This document shows positions 20,420 through 31,619 of a stretch of DNA of 64,000 bases, one piece after another. The notes below the pieces were generated by a model. The model was not told where the DNA came from. It searched no databases and saw only the letters and a list, made by a program, of their open reading frames with translations. This DNA is from an uncultured delta proteobacterium (GTDB lineage Bacteria > Desulfobacterota > Binatia > UBA9968). Each line of letters starts with the position of its first letter. The stretch's first letter is position 1. The stretch is from the NCBI GenBank assembly GCA_963771465.1, contig CAVYTU010000015.1:928001-992000 (forward strand), given 5' to 3'. The translations under genes were made by a program, and so were the position numbers.

Positions 20420-20494
20420 ATGCATCTCCCACTCGGAGGAATATATCCCTAGATAAGCTTAAAGCGAGCATACGATTGCGGTAAGATCGCATCG

Positions 20495-21433
20495 ATGCAG
20501 CCGATTATCTCGATCTCGAATCTGACCAAGACCTACGCTTCGGGCCACCCGGCGCTTAAGCGCGTCGCCCTTGAAATCCGCAAAGGCGAAATCTTCGCTC
20601 TCTTGGGTCCAAATGGCGCCGGCAAAACCACGCTGATCAACATCGTGTGCGGCATCGTCACTGCCACCGAGGGTGTGGTCGTCGCCGACGGCCACGACAT
20701 CGTGCGCGACTATCGTTCGGCGCGCGCGAAGATCGGTCTGGTGCCGCAAGAACTCACCACCGATGCCTTCGAGTCGGTGTGGGCGACGGTGAGCTTCAGC
20801 CGCGGTCTATTCGGACACGCGCCTAATCCGGCTTACATCGAGCGAGTGCTGCGCGATCTCTCTTTATGGGACAAGCGCGACGATAAGATCATGACGCTCT
20901 CGGGCGGCATGAAGCGGCGTGTGATGATCGCCAAAGCGCTGGCGCATGAGCCGCAAATTTTGTTTCTTGATGAGCCGACGGCGGGCGTCGATGTCGAATT
21001 GCGCCGCGATATGTGGGCGCTGGTGCGGCGCCTGCGTGAAAGCGGCGTGACCATCATCTTGACCACTCACTATATCGACGAGGCCGAAGAGATGGCCGAT
21101 CGTATCGGCGTGATCAATAAGGGCGAGCTGATCCTGGTTGAAGAAAAGATCAAGCTGATGAAGAAACTAGGCAAGAAACAACTGACGCTCAATCTGCTCG
21201 AACCGTTGGCTTCAATCCCGCTGGAACTAAGCGACTGGGACTTGGCACTCAAAGCCGGCGGAACCGAACTGGAATATACCTTCGATGCCGACCAGGAGCG
21301 CGCCGGCATCCCGGCGCTGCTCCAGCGGGTGAGCGATCTGCACATCCGCTTAAAGGATCTCAACACGCGCCAGAGTTCGCTGGAAGATATTTTTGTTAGC
21401 TTGGTCAGTGATCGTGACGGAGATCAAAGATGA
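20495..21433 (+). CDS. yadG: ABC-2 type transporter ATP-binding protein (YadG-like)
   Basis: GPNGAGKT Walker A, LSGGMKRR signature, FLDEPT, TTHY. Confidence 0.92.
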   Translation: MQPIISISNLTKTYASGHPALKRVALEIRKGEIFALLGPNGAGKTTLINIVCGIVTATEGVVVADGHDIVRDYRSARAKIGLVPQELTTDAFESVWATVSFSRGLFGHAPNPAYIERVLRDLSLWDKRDDKIMTLSGGMKRRVMIAKALAHEPQILFLDEPTAGVDVELRRDMWALVRRLRESGVTIILTTHYIDEAEEMADRIGVINKGELILVEEKIKLMKKLGKKQLTLNLLEPLASIPLELSDWDLALKAGGTELEYTFDADQERAGIPALLQRVSDLHIRLKDLNTRQSSLEDIFVSLVSDRDGDQR

Positions 21434-22206
21434 GCAGCTCGGCAATCAACCGCCACAGCGTGTGGGCGATTTATAAGTTCGAGATGGCGCGCGCGCTGCG
21501 GACACTGTTCCAGAGTGTGGTTGCGCCGGTGATCACGACGGCGCTTTACTTCGTGGTCTTCGGCTCCGCCATCGGTACGCGCATGGCGCAGGTGGACGGC
21601 GTCGCCTACGGCGCGTTCATCGTGCCGGGGTTGGTCATGCTTTCACTGTTCACCCAGAGCATCTCGAACGCCTCGTTCGGTATTTATTTCCCCAAATTCA
21701 CCGGCACGATCTATGAGCTTTTGTCGGCACCGGTGTCTTACTTGGAAATCGTCATCGCCTACGTCGGCGCCGCGGCGACCAAGTCGATCGCCCTCGGGCT
21801 GATCATTTTGGCCACGGCCGCCATGTTCGTACCGGTCCATATCCTGCACCCGCTGTGGATGATCGCCTTCCTCGTGCTCACGGCGGCAACCTTCAGTCTG
21901 TTTGGTTTCATCATCGGCATCTGGGCCAAAAGCTTCGAACAGTTGCAGTTCATTCCGATGCTGATCATAACGCCCTTGACCTTTCTCGGCGGCGCCTTCT
22001 ATTCCATCGACATGCTGCCGCCGGCCTGGCGCACCGTCACCTTGTTCAACCCGGTGGTTTATCTTATCAGCGGCTTTCGCTGGAGCTTCTATGAATCGTC
22101 CGACGTGAGCGTCGAAGTGAGCCTGGCGATGACCCTGGCATTCTTCGCGCTCTGTCTGGCGGTGGTCGGCTGGATCTTCAAAACCGGGTATCGTTTGAAG
22201 AGTTGA
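21430..22206 (+). CDS. yadH: ABC-2 type transporter permease (YadH-like)
   Basis: Six hydrophobic segments; [35 protein letters not shown]; ATGA overlap with the ATPase. Confidence 0.92.
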   Translation: MSSSAINRHSVWAIYKFEMARALRTLFQSVVAPVITTALYFVVFGSAIGTRMAQVDGVAYGAFIVPGLVMLSLFTQSISNASFGIYFPKFTGTIYELLSAPVSYLEIVIAYVGAAATKSIALGLIILATAAMFVPVHILHPLWMIAFLVLTAATFSLFGFIIGIWAKSFEQLQFIPMLIITPLTFLGGAFYSIDMLPPAWRTVTLFNPVVYLISGFRWSFYESSDVSVEVSLAMTLAFFALCLAVVGWIFKTGYRLKS

Positions 22207-22391
22207 AGCGCAGCGCAAGAAAAGCCCGGGCCCATACGTTCCTCGCAACGATATTTGCTTGGCAAGCCCGGCTTGGCAATACTTGACATATCGAGTGATT
22301 CAACTACAACGATTATTGATCCGTCCCGCGAAAGCTCAGAAAAATGGCGTCAGTTAGCATGCAATTTTGCCGGCGTAGTGGAAACAGAAAA

Positions 22392-23522
22392 ATGCCAGTC
22401 CAGATCATCATCGCGAGAAGTATTTTATCAGCCATGCTGTTTGGTGTGCTGATATTCGCGCCCGCCGTTGACGGCCAACAAAGTAAAGCTGCAGGCTCGG
22501 CGGAATGGGACAAGTTGGTCGATGCCGCGAAGAAAGAAGCCAAGGTAACAGTATCGCTTCCGGCCAGCGCTGAGTTGAAAAAACAAATCGAGGAGCAGTT
22601 CAAAAAACGCTACGGCATCGAAGTCGAAACTTTCACGTCGCGCGGCAGCACGGGCGTGCGCCGCATGGCGGACGAGTTCAAAGCCGGCGTGCGCAGTTTC
22701 GATTTGCACATCGGCGGTTCTTCATCGATCGTCTCCGGCATGCTCGACGAGGGCATTCTCGATCCCATCGAGCCATGGCTGGCGTTGCCCGAAGTCAAAG
22801 ATCCGAAGCAGTGGTGGGGCGGTCATCTGTGGGTCGATAACGCCAAGCGATTTGTCTACACGTTTCAAGCGTATCTGTCGGAAGTTATGTGGTACAATAG
22901 CGAACTGGTCAAGCCCACCGAGATCCGTTCGTTCGACGATTTTCTCAACCCGAGATGGAAAGGCAAGATCGGCTATCTCGACCCGCGCACGCCGGGCGCC
23001 GGAGACTCCACCTGGGCGTTTATGTGGAAGGTCAAAGGCGAGGAGTATTTAAAAAAATTGGTGGCTCAGGATCTATATCTCGGCCGCGATCAACGCATAC
23101 TTGCCGAGAATTTGGCCAGAGGACGAATCGCCGTCATGATCGGTAACTCCTATTATTCTTATTTGCCTTTTCTCAAAGCCGGATTGCCGATTAAACCCCT
23201 GCCGACACTCAAAGAGGGAAATTACGGGACCGGCGGCAGCGGTAATTTAGCGATCATCAAAGCACCGGCGCGCCCGAACAGCACCAAGGTTTTCGTCAAC
23301 TGGCTGTTGGGCCGTGAGGGACAGGAGATCGTTTCCCGAGCGCTCGGTCAAGCGACGAGGCGTCTCGATGTCGATACCAGTTTTCTAAGAGAATCCGGCA
23401 CAATCGCGGCTAAAGACACGATGTCGGTCGGTGATTTTTTACAGATCGAAAATCAGTCGGAGGAAAAACTCGACAAGGTGCGCGAACCGGCCTCCAAGGT
23501 TGCCCACGCGCTGCTGAAGTAA
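22392..23522 (+). CDS. ABC-type extracellular solute-binding protein (AfuA-like)
   Basis: WDKLVDAAKKE, FLNPRWKGKI, KVFVNWLLGREGQ. Confidence 0.9.
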   Translation: MPVQIIIARSILSAMLFGVLIFAPAVDGQQSKAAGSAEWDKLVDAAKKEAKVTVSLPASAELKKQIEEQFKKRYGIEVETFTSRGSTGVRRMADEFKAGVRSFDLHIGGSSSIVSGMLDEGILDPIEPWLALPEVKDPKQWWGGHLWVDNAKRFVYTFQAYLSEVMWYNSELVKPTEIRSFDDFLNPRWKGKIGYLDPRTPGAGDSTWAFMWKVKGEEYLKKLVAQDLYLGRDQRILAENLARGRIAVMIGNSYYSYLPFLKAGLPIKPLPTLKEGNYGTGGSGNLAIIKAPARPNSTKVFVNWLLGREGQEIVSRALGQATRRLDVDTSFLRESGTIAAKDTMSVGDFLQIENQSEEKLDKVREPASKVAHALLK

Positions 23523-23588
23523 CACGGATAACGAGCGCGCTGCGAGAGAGGGCAATTATGAAACGTCAAGATCGAAAGGATCCGCGCG

Positions 23589-25001
23589 ATGGGTAATATT
23601 TCGACGGCGACCGAATCAAGCTTCGACGTTTTGGAATCCTATTTCAAGAAATATCCGGACGTTCCCAAGGAGACGATTCTCAAGCAACACATGCTGAGCC
23701 TCGGTCATTGGTTCAGCGATGCCGCGCTCGATGCCTCGGCCGGCGCGTTGGTCAAATCGTATAGACTATTCTCCTATGATCTCGTGCCGATGTCGGAGTT
23801 CAAAAGAAACGAGCATCGGCGCGTGCCGGAGCACTTCGTTCTCTTAAACGGGCCGTACGACATGCGCCCGGTAGCGATTCAGACTTCGCTTTCGCCCTAT
23901 TCGCCCTACCTGATCGATGTCGTTGATGGCCGGCTCGTCTTGACCGTGGATGGGCAAGTGGTGGCGCATGTGCGAATTCCCAAAACGCCGGACTACTATT
24001 TCAAGAACTTGCCGGACGGCACACCTTATCATGAGATTGTCGCCTTCGGCTCCTTCATCACGATCTTTCGCAACTGCCAATACTGGGGCGCCAAGGAAGA
24101 GTGTAAATTCTGCGATATCAATGAGAACGCGCGCCAGATGAAGCTGTCGCGCGACTTCACCTTGAACGCACCGGTAAAGTCGGTGGCCGATGTGGTCAAG
24201 GTATGCGAGCACGTCGCCGGGGACGCGCAAAAGATCGGCGCCGGGCAAAATTTCGTGCTCAGCGGCGGTACCATCACCAAGACGCTGCATAGCAAGAGCG
24301 AGGTGGACTTCTACGAAGAATATATTCGCGCCATTAAGAACATCGCGACTAAGCCGCGCATCACTTTCGAGGTCAACGCGCGGCCGCGCGAAGAAGTGCA
24401 ACGCTACAAAGACGCCGGCGCCGATCACATCCACTTCAACATGGAGGTGTGGGACAAGACGCTCTTTCCGTGGATCAATCCCGGCAAGGCCGAGCGGGTC
24501 GGCTGGGACAACTGGGTGCGCTGGATGGAAGACGCGGTCGAGGTGTTCGGCAATGGCATGGTGCAGCCGAGCTTCGTCTCCGGCGTCGAAATGGCGCGGC
24601 CGCATGGGTTCAAGACTGTTGAGGAAGCGGTCAAGTCCATGACTTCCGGATTCGAATACTTGATGTCGCGCGGGATCTTTCCGCGGCCGCAGCAGTGGCG
24701 GCGCGAGCCGTCGACTGCGCTATGCAAAGAAGCGGAGCAGCCGCCGGTGCCTTTGGACTATTACATTCTGATGACGCGCACGTGGTATGAGCTCTACCAA
24801 AAATATCGCGACAAGTTGCCGAAGTTCGGTACGCGCAAGCCGGGGCTCCTGGCCGAGCGCAACCTACTCGGCCCGGTGCATGGCGCCTACGGCGACTTCG
24901 CGATGATAAAGGAAAATTTATTTCCCGCGGACGTCGAGGAACAGATCAACCGGCGCAGCGTGCCGTTCGAGAACATTGCAGGAGCAACCCGTGTTTCATG
25001 A
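23589..25001 (+). CDS. Radical SAM protein with non-canonical CX8CX2C motif
   Basis: CQYWGAKEECKFC cluster motif, LSGG, HFNMEVWD, PGK, FVSGVE; AAAGGA RBS. Confidence 0.88.
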   Translation: MGNISTATESSFDVLESYFKKYPDVPKETILKQHMLSLGHWFSDAALDASAGALVKSYRLFSYDLVPMSEFKRNEHRRVPEHFVLLNGPYDMRPVAIQTSLSPYSPYLIDVVDGRLVLTVDGQVVAHVRIPKTPDYYFKNLPDGTPYHEIVAFGSFITIFRNCQYWGAKEECKFCDINENARQMKLSRDFTLNAPVKSVADVVKVCEHVAGDAQKIGAGQNFVLSGGTITKTLHSKSEVDFYEEYIRAIKNIATKPRITFEVNARPREEVQRYKDAGADHIHFNMEVWDKTLFPWINPGKAERVGWDNWVRWMEDAVEVFGNGMVQPSFVSGVEMARPHGFKTVEEAVKSMTSGFEYLMSRGIFPRPQQWRREPSTALCKEAEQPPVPLDYYILMTRTWYELYQKYRDKLPKFGTRKPGLLAERNLLGPVHGAYGDFAMIKENLFPADVEEQINRRSVPFENIAGATRVS

Positions 25002-25560
25002 CATTTCACCGCGCATGCAACAGGTGATGCGCGCGCTCGAAGAGCAATTGGAGCGCGATCAACGCTCACTGCGCAGCGTCGACGGCGATGTGGCGCGCAT
25101 CCTCACGCTGCTGGCGCTGTCGGCGCCGACGGGCGCGTTTCTCGAGCTTGGCAGCAGCGGCGGCTACTCAAGCCTGTGGCTTTCCTTGGCCGCGCGCGCA
25201 AAAGGGGTCACGCTTACAACCGTCGATCTCGATGAAAAGAAGGTCGCTCTAGCGCGGGCAAACATTGCCCAGGCCGGTGCCGATGGTTTTGTCCAGGTCT
25301 TTCACGGCGACGCGTTCGACTATGCCGGCCGGTCTGAGCCGCTGGCGTTTTGTTTTTCCGATATCGAGCCGCCGGAAAATAATGCCAAGATTTACGAACT
25401 GATCGTGCCGCGCCTGGTGCCGGGAGGCTGGCTGGTCGTCGACAACGTAACATCGCCACGCTACCAGAAAGAGTTGCTGGAACGCGCGCACAGCGATCCG
25501 CGCGTAGACTGCGTGCATCTACCGTTTCCAAAGGGCGATCTTATCTGCCGCAAGTGCTGA
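24991..25560 (+). CDS. Class I SAM-dependent O-methyltransferase (Methyltransf_3/24-like)
   Basis: FLELGSSGGYS motif I, GDA, LVPGGWLVVDN; GGAG RBS inside the radical SAM gene end. Confidence 0.88.
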   Translation: MFHDISPRMQQVMRALEEQLERDQRSLRSVDGDVARILTLLALSAPTGAFLELGSSGGYSSLWLSLAARAKGVTLTTVDLDEKKVALARANIAQAGADGFVQVFHGDAFDYAGRSEPLAFCFSDIEPPENNAKIYELIVPRLVPGGWLVVDNVTSPRYQKELLERAHSDPRVDCVHLPFPKGDLICRKC

Positions 25561-25709
25561 AATCCGAGCCGTGAATCGACCTTGCACGTAGCCCGGATTT
25601 CGCAGTTCGAATCAATTGCGTCCGCCCAGCGAGGTGAGAGCCTGGAGTAGTGACAACACCCGATGTTACGGGTTGCTGGCGCCAAAATCGTCAGCCGCCA
25701 ATCTCCGGT

Positions 25710-28185
25710 TCAGCGTCCAAACAAACCTTTGAGGCCTTGGCGAATCAATTCTTCGGTGGAGTTTTTCTTCTTCTTTCTGTCATCGGCGGCGGGTTCGTTG
25801 TCCTCAGGCGCGGACGCCGGCTTGCGGCCGAAAAATCTTTGTTGCAAGTCGTCCATGCCCCTGCGGGCAAATCCCCGCTGTGCCATCTGCGCCAAGTAAT
25901 TAGTATCGGGCTTGGGTTTGACATTGGGCATTGTGCCGGTGAGCGCGAGCGGGATTTCGAGTTGGCCTTGATCGTTGAAGAGATATTTTATTTCTCGCGC
26001 TGACTGGCTCAAGTCAGTCGACAATCGCTGGGAAAAGGCGACCGTCGAGCGGACATCCACCCGGCGCGTGAAATCGGCCCAGCCTTTTCCCCGCGCACTG
26101 AAGTCCGCCGCAGCCATGCGCAGATCTTGAATGTTAATCCGGCCGTCGGCGATCTCGAAATTGGCTTTCAATTCCTTGAACTCGGTGTCCTTAGCGGTAA
26201 ACGTCTCCGGATATTTTTTTCGCAGCGCCGGATTGAAGGCGTTGGTCAAGCCCGGGATGCCGGTGACACCGCTCAGGGCACCCTCGGCGATATTGAAATT
26301 GAGCAGCGCCCCCTGCACGACCTCCGCGTCGCCTTGACCGCGCAGCGTCGGCTTGATCTCTTCCCAGCTCCTGCCGCTGCCTGCAAGTTTCATATCCGCG
26401 TTCATGCGGCCGCGAACATCGCGCTCGGCCTTGCCATCGAGGGCGGTGTAGAGTTCTTTCACATCGATGCCTTGCACCTTCGACGTAACAACAAAACTTG
26501 GCGTTTGCTCCTTGAACGAATACTGACCGTCCAATTGCACTGTGCCCGCCAGCGCATTGATCTTAAGACCGCGAACGGTGACCACCTTATCGGCAACTGA
26601 TCAGCTTCGCGTCGAGCCCTTTGTAAACGACGTTGTAGAGCGTGCCGTCCGCGGAGTTGAGTGTTCCTTGATAGGTCACGTTGCCGCCGGCCAGGGTGAA
26701 TTGCCCTTCGCTGCGCAAATTGCGAATGATGTCAGCCTTGCGATCCTCCGGCAGACCGACGCGGTAGTCGCCCGGCCAAAGTTCCGGCGTCGACATTTTG
26801 TAGGTAATCGCCAAAGGCGAAAACTTCTCGATCGCCGCAGCGAGCTGGATCTTCGATTTGCCAAGCCTTAGAGTCATGTCGGAAATATCGGCGCGCTGGC
26901 CGGTGAAATTGATCCGGGTATCGATATCCTCGATGGCAGTGGGAAAGTCCGGCGGTTTCGCGCTCACTTTCTTGAGCGTGAGCGTGCCTTGGATCTGCGG
27001 TGTCGCGCCCTTGCCGGCTTGGCCGCGCACCGTCGCCTTGATCGCCATGTCGCCGGTCAAATCATAGCGCGCGATGGCCGGAATAATCTTTTCCCAGCCG
27101 GCGAGCGCGGCCGGTTCGGAATTGACGTTGAGATTGAGTACGGTGACATTGCCGAGCTGGACATCGCCCGCCGCTGCGATTTTTAGATTGTTGAGCGTGA
27201 GATTGGCCTTGCGTAGCGAAATCTTATCGCCGGCGTAGCGCGCCTCCGTCGAAAGCGTCAGCGCAATACCCGCGGGCTTTTGAAAGCCGCTGCCATAACC
27301 CACGGCGCCGCGACTGCCGTCGATCTCGCCGTTGAGCGCCAGGTCCATCAGCGTGCCATTGAATTTCAGCGCTTTGACGCTAAACAGGCCGGCAAGTTCG
27401 AGATCCTTGGGTAGAACATTTTTCAATTTGGGTAGCGCTTTTTTGAGTTGGGTCATGTCGAGCGGATCGAGATCCAGTTCGCCGCTCACCGGCACTTGAC
27501 TAAAACCGGCGTTCGAACCGAGCGGACCGATCTTGCCGGTGAGTTTTACATTTTGCTTATCGGCGAAAACCGCGCCGGCGAGCTTGACCGAAAACGGCCG
27601 GTCAAAATCGAAGTCCTCGACTGCCAAATCTATTTGCCGGGCGCGCAGATCACTGCCGTCTTTCCTGTCGATGTAGCGGATATCGCCGCCGTCGATGTTC
27701 ACCAAGGAGAATTGCAGCGTGGCGCCCTCTTTGCCGTCCTTGGGTTTCGCTTGCGCCGGATCTTGCTCGCCCCGCGATTGCTTTTCCTTTTCGCTCTTAC
27801 CAATGGTGGAGAAATTGAACTCGCCGTTGGCGGCGCGGACGATCTGAATCACCGGTTCGTGCAGCACTACGGTCTTGACCTGAAATTCTTTTCTGAGCAG
27901 CGGCCAGAACTGGAGTTTAACTTGGAGATCCTTGGCACGAACGAAATCGCCGCTGGAATATCTCGGATCATCGGTCATGGTGAAATTCGTCAGGCGCATG
28001 CCGACACCGCTAAATAATGTGGTCTCAATCTCGCCCACGGAGATTTTCCGTCCGAGCGCCTGCTCGGCCTGGCCGATCAGGAAATCTCGATTACGCTGAA
28101 CCAACGCGTTGAGATTGATCAGCATTGCGACGCTAACAGCCGCTAGCGTTACCGCGACAACACCGGCGATGATCCATTTGCGCAT
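25710..28185 (-). pseudogene. AsmA family protein split by a one-base insertion near 26601
   Basis: AGGAGG RBS, N-terminal anchor MRKWIIAG, NFSTIG; removing one base gives ...DAKLSVADKVVTVRGLKINALAG... joining the 554-aa and 291-aa ORFs. Confidence 0.85.
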
Positions 28186-28457
28186 GCCTGTCCTCCTGAC
28201 GACGAATCCGCGCGCCTTTTTTCGACCGCTACGATAAAGTTTAAGTGGCAATGACGAAAGAAGAAAGAAAAAAACCGCGACGACCGACGGCGCGCGCGCT
28301 ATTTGCTAAGGAAACCCTAACCAGTAAAAGGCACCGCATCATCCCCAAGCGCGCTTTGCTTATCCCGCCTAAGAACGAATAGGTAAATGAGGGCGCACTT
28401 TGTCTCGAATGGAAATTTCCTTGCGAGGCGCTCGATCCGTAGCGAGAATTAATGGCG

Positions 28458-29297
28458 TTAGCCGTGCACGGCGGATTTACCGGCTACGCTGGGGGTCGTT
28501 GATCGCTGCTTAACTTCCAACATACGCGGTGACGGCCGCCCGACGTGAATGTGCGCGCCGGTCGACATGCCCAGCACTCGGCTGCGAAACGCCATGAACG
28601 GGATACCGTTGGTACGTAAAAAACTCATCAACGCGCGGCCTGGTCCGCTTTCAGGTTGGAGCGCAATATCGAGAGCGTCGCGATGATTCAAACCCATACT
28701 ATCATGGGTTGTAGACTGACCCAGCGCGCTGATCGGCAGCGGTTGGCCAAACCGCGCTTGAAAAAACTTGGCAATTTTTTCGGCCCCGGCGAGCGACCAG
28801 TTCGAAGTACCGCTGTAGCGAATCAAAGTCTCCGATTCCTCGTATTCTCCGGGGTTCATTTTCGATACTTGCGCCAATTTCTCCCGGACAGCGTTTTCGG
28901 CCAATGAAAGCGACACATCGTCTTCGGCGATCCATTCGCGCACGCGCTGCAATTCCAAGCGCGTGTTGGTCATCGCCCGCTCGCGATTTTCCAGTTCCGC
29001 CCGCGAAATTAAATCTTCAGCGTAGAGTTTCTTGCTCGCTTCATAATCGGCGCTTAACTGAGACAGCTTTTCTTCATAGAGCGGCAAGGTGTTTTGCCTT
29101 TGGTGCAGCGAAGCTTTTCTTCGATCGATGAGCATCATCCTCGTGGTGACGAGTTTCGTTGGTGAGGACCCGGGAGCTGTGGATCGAACAACCCGAGTTG
29201 TCATGGCTTTCTTCTTTATCTCCGCTGCAATGCTCGGCGCGGACCAAAACAGCACGATTGAAAGGATGACGGCAAGACAAGCAACGGATTTCATCAC
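28458..29297 (-). CDS. Secreted protein: coiled coil plus possible Zn-peptidase-like (LAS/M15-type) C-terminal domain
   Basis: Signal peptide; helical N-half; HDSMGLNHRDALD and STGAHIHVG His motifs. Confidence 0.7.
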   Translation of the reverse strand: MMKSVACLAVILSIVLFWSAPSIAAEIKKKAMTTRVVRSTAPGSSPTKLVTTRMMLIDRRKASLHQRQNTLPLYEEKLSQLSADYEASKKLYAEDLISRAELENRERAMTNTRLELQRVREWIAEDDVSLSLAENAVREKLAQVSKMNPGEYEESETLIRYSGTSNWSLAGAEKIAKFFQARFGQPLPISALGQSTTHDSMGLNHRDALDIALQPESGPGRALMSFLRTNGIPFMAFRSRVLGMSTGAHIHVGRPSPRMLEVKQRSTTPSVAGKSAVHG

Positions 29298-29541
29298 CGA
29301 ACCACGTGATCCCTATGAAAGAAGCAACCGGCGAAGGATAAACCCACACAGGCGTGCGAGCGACGAGCTCGATTGGGTTTTATCGCCGGCACCTCTTTAT
29401 AAGGTACAAAAATTATGCCAGGAATTGCTTGCTTTTCTTAACAACCACTTGGCGCGTCTATGACCGAAGAAGAGCAGTGGATTTCCTCTCGACAGAGTAA
29501 ATTGTTGGAGGTTTTGCCTTACATTCAAACCGAATCGCGCC

Positions 29542-30057
29542 CTACCATCGCTCCGTGCCCGGTTCGCCTTTCCACGGTCCGACAATCTCGTCTGTCACCC
29601 AGCCGCCATAGAAATAGCCTGGCTGCCCCCGGACACGCTGATTATTTACGAAACACTCCACTCGGCCGGGATAGAAAGAAAAATATTCCGCGATTAGTTC
29701 ATACGGCGGCTGCGCGGTCGGATAATTCCAAGCCATCGCTTCACGCGCTGGCGCCGAAGTTTTTAGCGCCCAGTACTTTGCCGTCCCTTTCCACTCACAC
29801 ACCGACGTGCCCGGAAAGGGCTGCAAAAGCTCGCCGCGAACGTCTTTTGGCGGAATGTAAAACGTCGGCGGTCCGGCGGTTTCCAGAATCCGAACGGTTG
29901 CGCGCGAGTCGGCGATAATCGTCTCCCCCAGCCGAACCACGACATGACGTTGGTCGGCGACTAATCTAGGCGGCCGCGGATAATCCCAAACCGATTCCTG
30001 ACCGGGACCGAGCGCTTCGGCAAAAGGTGGCCGCTTACGGCCGATGAATTCCCACAT
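29542..30057 (-). CDS. DUF427 domain protein
   Basis: QESVWDYPRPP, LETAGPPTFYIP, CEWKGTAKYW, FYGGWVT. Confidence 0.92.
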   Translation of the reverse strand: MWEFIGRKRPPFAEALGPGQESVWDYPRPPRLVADQRHVVVRLGETIIADSRATVRILETAGPPTFYIPPKDVRGELLQPFPGTSVCEWKGTAKYWALKTSAPAREAMAWNYPTAQPPYELIAEYFSFYPGRVECFVNNQRVRGQPGYFYGGWVTDEIVGPWKGEPGTERW

Positions 30058-30228
30058 GAATTCAAGTTCCTTTGTGCGGTCGTGCAGGCAATCGCGGCGC
30101 CCGATGTTTAAGCAATGTCGCAGCGATGTTGAAAACTCTGCCGACGCCAACAACCGATTAATGCAGCGCGACGAGTAAAGCACGTTTACAAGAATGCGCG
30201 TGATCGACCGCGAGTCAGCCGAATCAGT

Positions 30229-30357
30229 TCATTTCTTTTTCTTGCGCACACCGCCGGTGGCGCGATTACCCTTCCATCAAATCGGGCAAGCGTCTCGGCC
30301 TCTGTACTTATGTCCCCTGGAGCAAGTCTTCCAACCACCTTTGTTGGCAAGTGGCAT
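30229..30357 (-). CDS. Basic Zn-ribbon-like microprotein with in-frame TGA (selenocysteine or nonsense/pseudogene)
   Basis: MPLANKGGWKTCSRGHKYRGRDACPI*WKGNRATGGVRKKKK*; TGA at 30279-30277 sits at the expected last Cys of C-x3-H...CPxC. Confidence 0.6.
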
Positions 30358-30661
30358 ATGTGAACAACCTACGAATGCGTTTAACCGTAGAATACGTTTC
30401 CGTGCTATTTAATCATTAGGCTGAGAGATCCGCTAGATCAATGGCCCCGCCCGCGTCGTCCACATCCAGGGATCACAGCACCGGATCATGCGCCGCTCCT
30501 AAAACATGCTCAACTGAAGGGGTTCTGGGAGGTGCTATTGCAGTATTCCCAGGACTGAGCCGTGCGCGGAATGTCAGAATCGGTCTTTTCATTCGCAGTA
30601 AAAACTCGCTACTCTGGGTCAATCCCTGGCGATCGATTCGGCAGGACAGGAGAGGTGCACC

Positions 30662-31531
30662 ATGAAGATAAATTCCAAAGATTTTCGCGTGCGCGAGGGC
30701 AAGCAAGTTAATTTGAAAAAGTGGCCTACGAAGGTCAAGCGATACTACGATTCAAAAAAGCATTTCCAGGAGATTTTACGCCAGCGCATTGAAAAGCTGA
30801 GCGATCTGCAAAGCATTCTCTACGCCGCCGACAGCCACGCGGTATTGCTGATCTTCCAGGCCATGGACGCCGCGGGAAAGGATAGCGCCATCAAACATGT
30901 GATGTCCGGCGTCAATCCCCAAGGCTGCCAGGTTTTTAGTTTCAAGCATCCAAGCCCGGAAGAACTGGACCATGATTTCTTATGGCGCACGACTCAGTGC
31001 CTGCCGGAGCGCGGCCGCATCGGTATTTTCAATCGTTCGTATTACGAAGAGGTGTTGATCGTTCGGGTGCACCCCGAACTGCTGCACAGCCAGCGGCTCC
31101 CCGAAGGAGCGCGACAAGAAAAGTCGGTCTGGCAGGATCGCTATCGATCGATCCGCGACATGGAATCGCACCTGCATCGCAGCGGCACTCGGATCATCAA
31201 ATTTTTTCTCCATCTGTCCAAAGAAGAGCAGCGTAAACGCTTCCTCGCCCGCATCGACGAGCCGGATAAGAATTGGAAATTCAGCATGGGCGATATGAAA
31301 GAGCGGGAACTTTGGAACGACTACATGAAGGCATATGAGGCCTGCCTGAGCGCCACCAGCACGCGCCATGCGCCGTGGTATGTTGTGCCGGCCGACGACA
31401 AAGCAAATGCCCGGCTGATCGTTTCGCAGATCATCCTGGACACACTCGAGGGAATGCCAATAGACTATCCGAAACTCAGCGCTGAGAAGCAAAAAGAACT
31501 GCGCTCGATTCGCAAACTGCTCGCCCGGTAA
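30662..31531 (+). CDS. ppk2: Polyphosphate kinase 2 family protein (class III-like)
   Basis: [36 protein letters not shown]; GGAGAGG RBS. Confidence 0.95.
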   Translation: MKINSKDFRVREGKQVNLKKWPTKVKRYYDSKKHFQEILRQRIEKLSDLQSILYAADSHAVLLIFQAMDAAGKDSAIKHVMSGVNPQGCQVFSFKHPSPEELDHDFLWRTTQCLPERGRIGIFNRSYYEEVLIVRVHPELLHSQRLPEGARQEKSVWQDRYRSIRDMESHLHRSGTRIIKFFLHLSKEEQRKRFLARIDEPDKNWKFSMGDMKERELWNDYMKAYEACLSATSTRHAPWYVVPADDKANARLIVSQIILDTLEGMPIDYPKLSAEKQKELRSIRKLLAR

Positions 31532-31619
31532 AATGAAATATCAACGTCTTTGGTTGGAAGCTCGGTTTAGCAGAATGAAGATCCGAACGCACCGTCTCCT
31601 GACTCACATTCAAAAACTA

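Noticed and set aside
26585-26610. Programmed ribosomal frameshift in AsmA (also considered for phoD, TIR and GST)
   Set aside because: No convincing slippery site with a stimulatory structure; single-base error or mutation is simpler
29405-29421. Sigma54-like CTGGCATAATTTTTGTA upstream of the 28458..29297 gene
   Set aside because: -12 element reads GT instead of the near-invariant GC; kept only as a weak candidate
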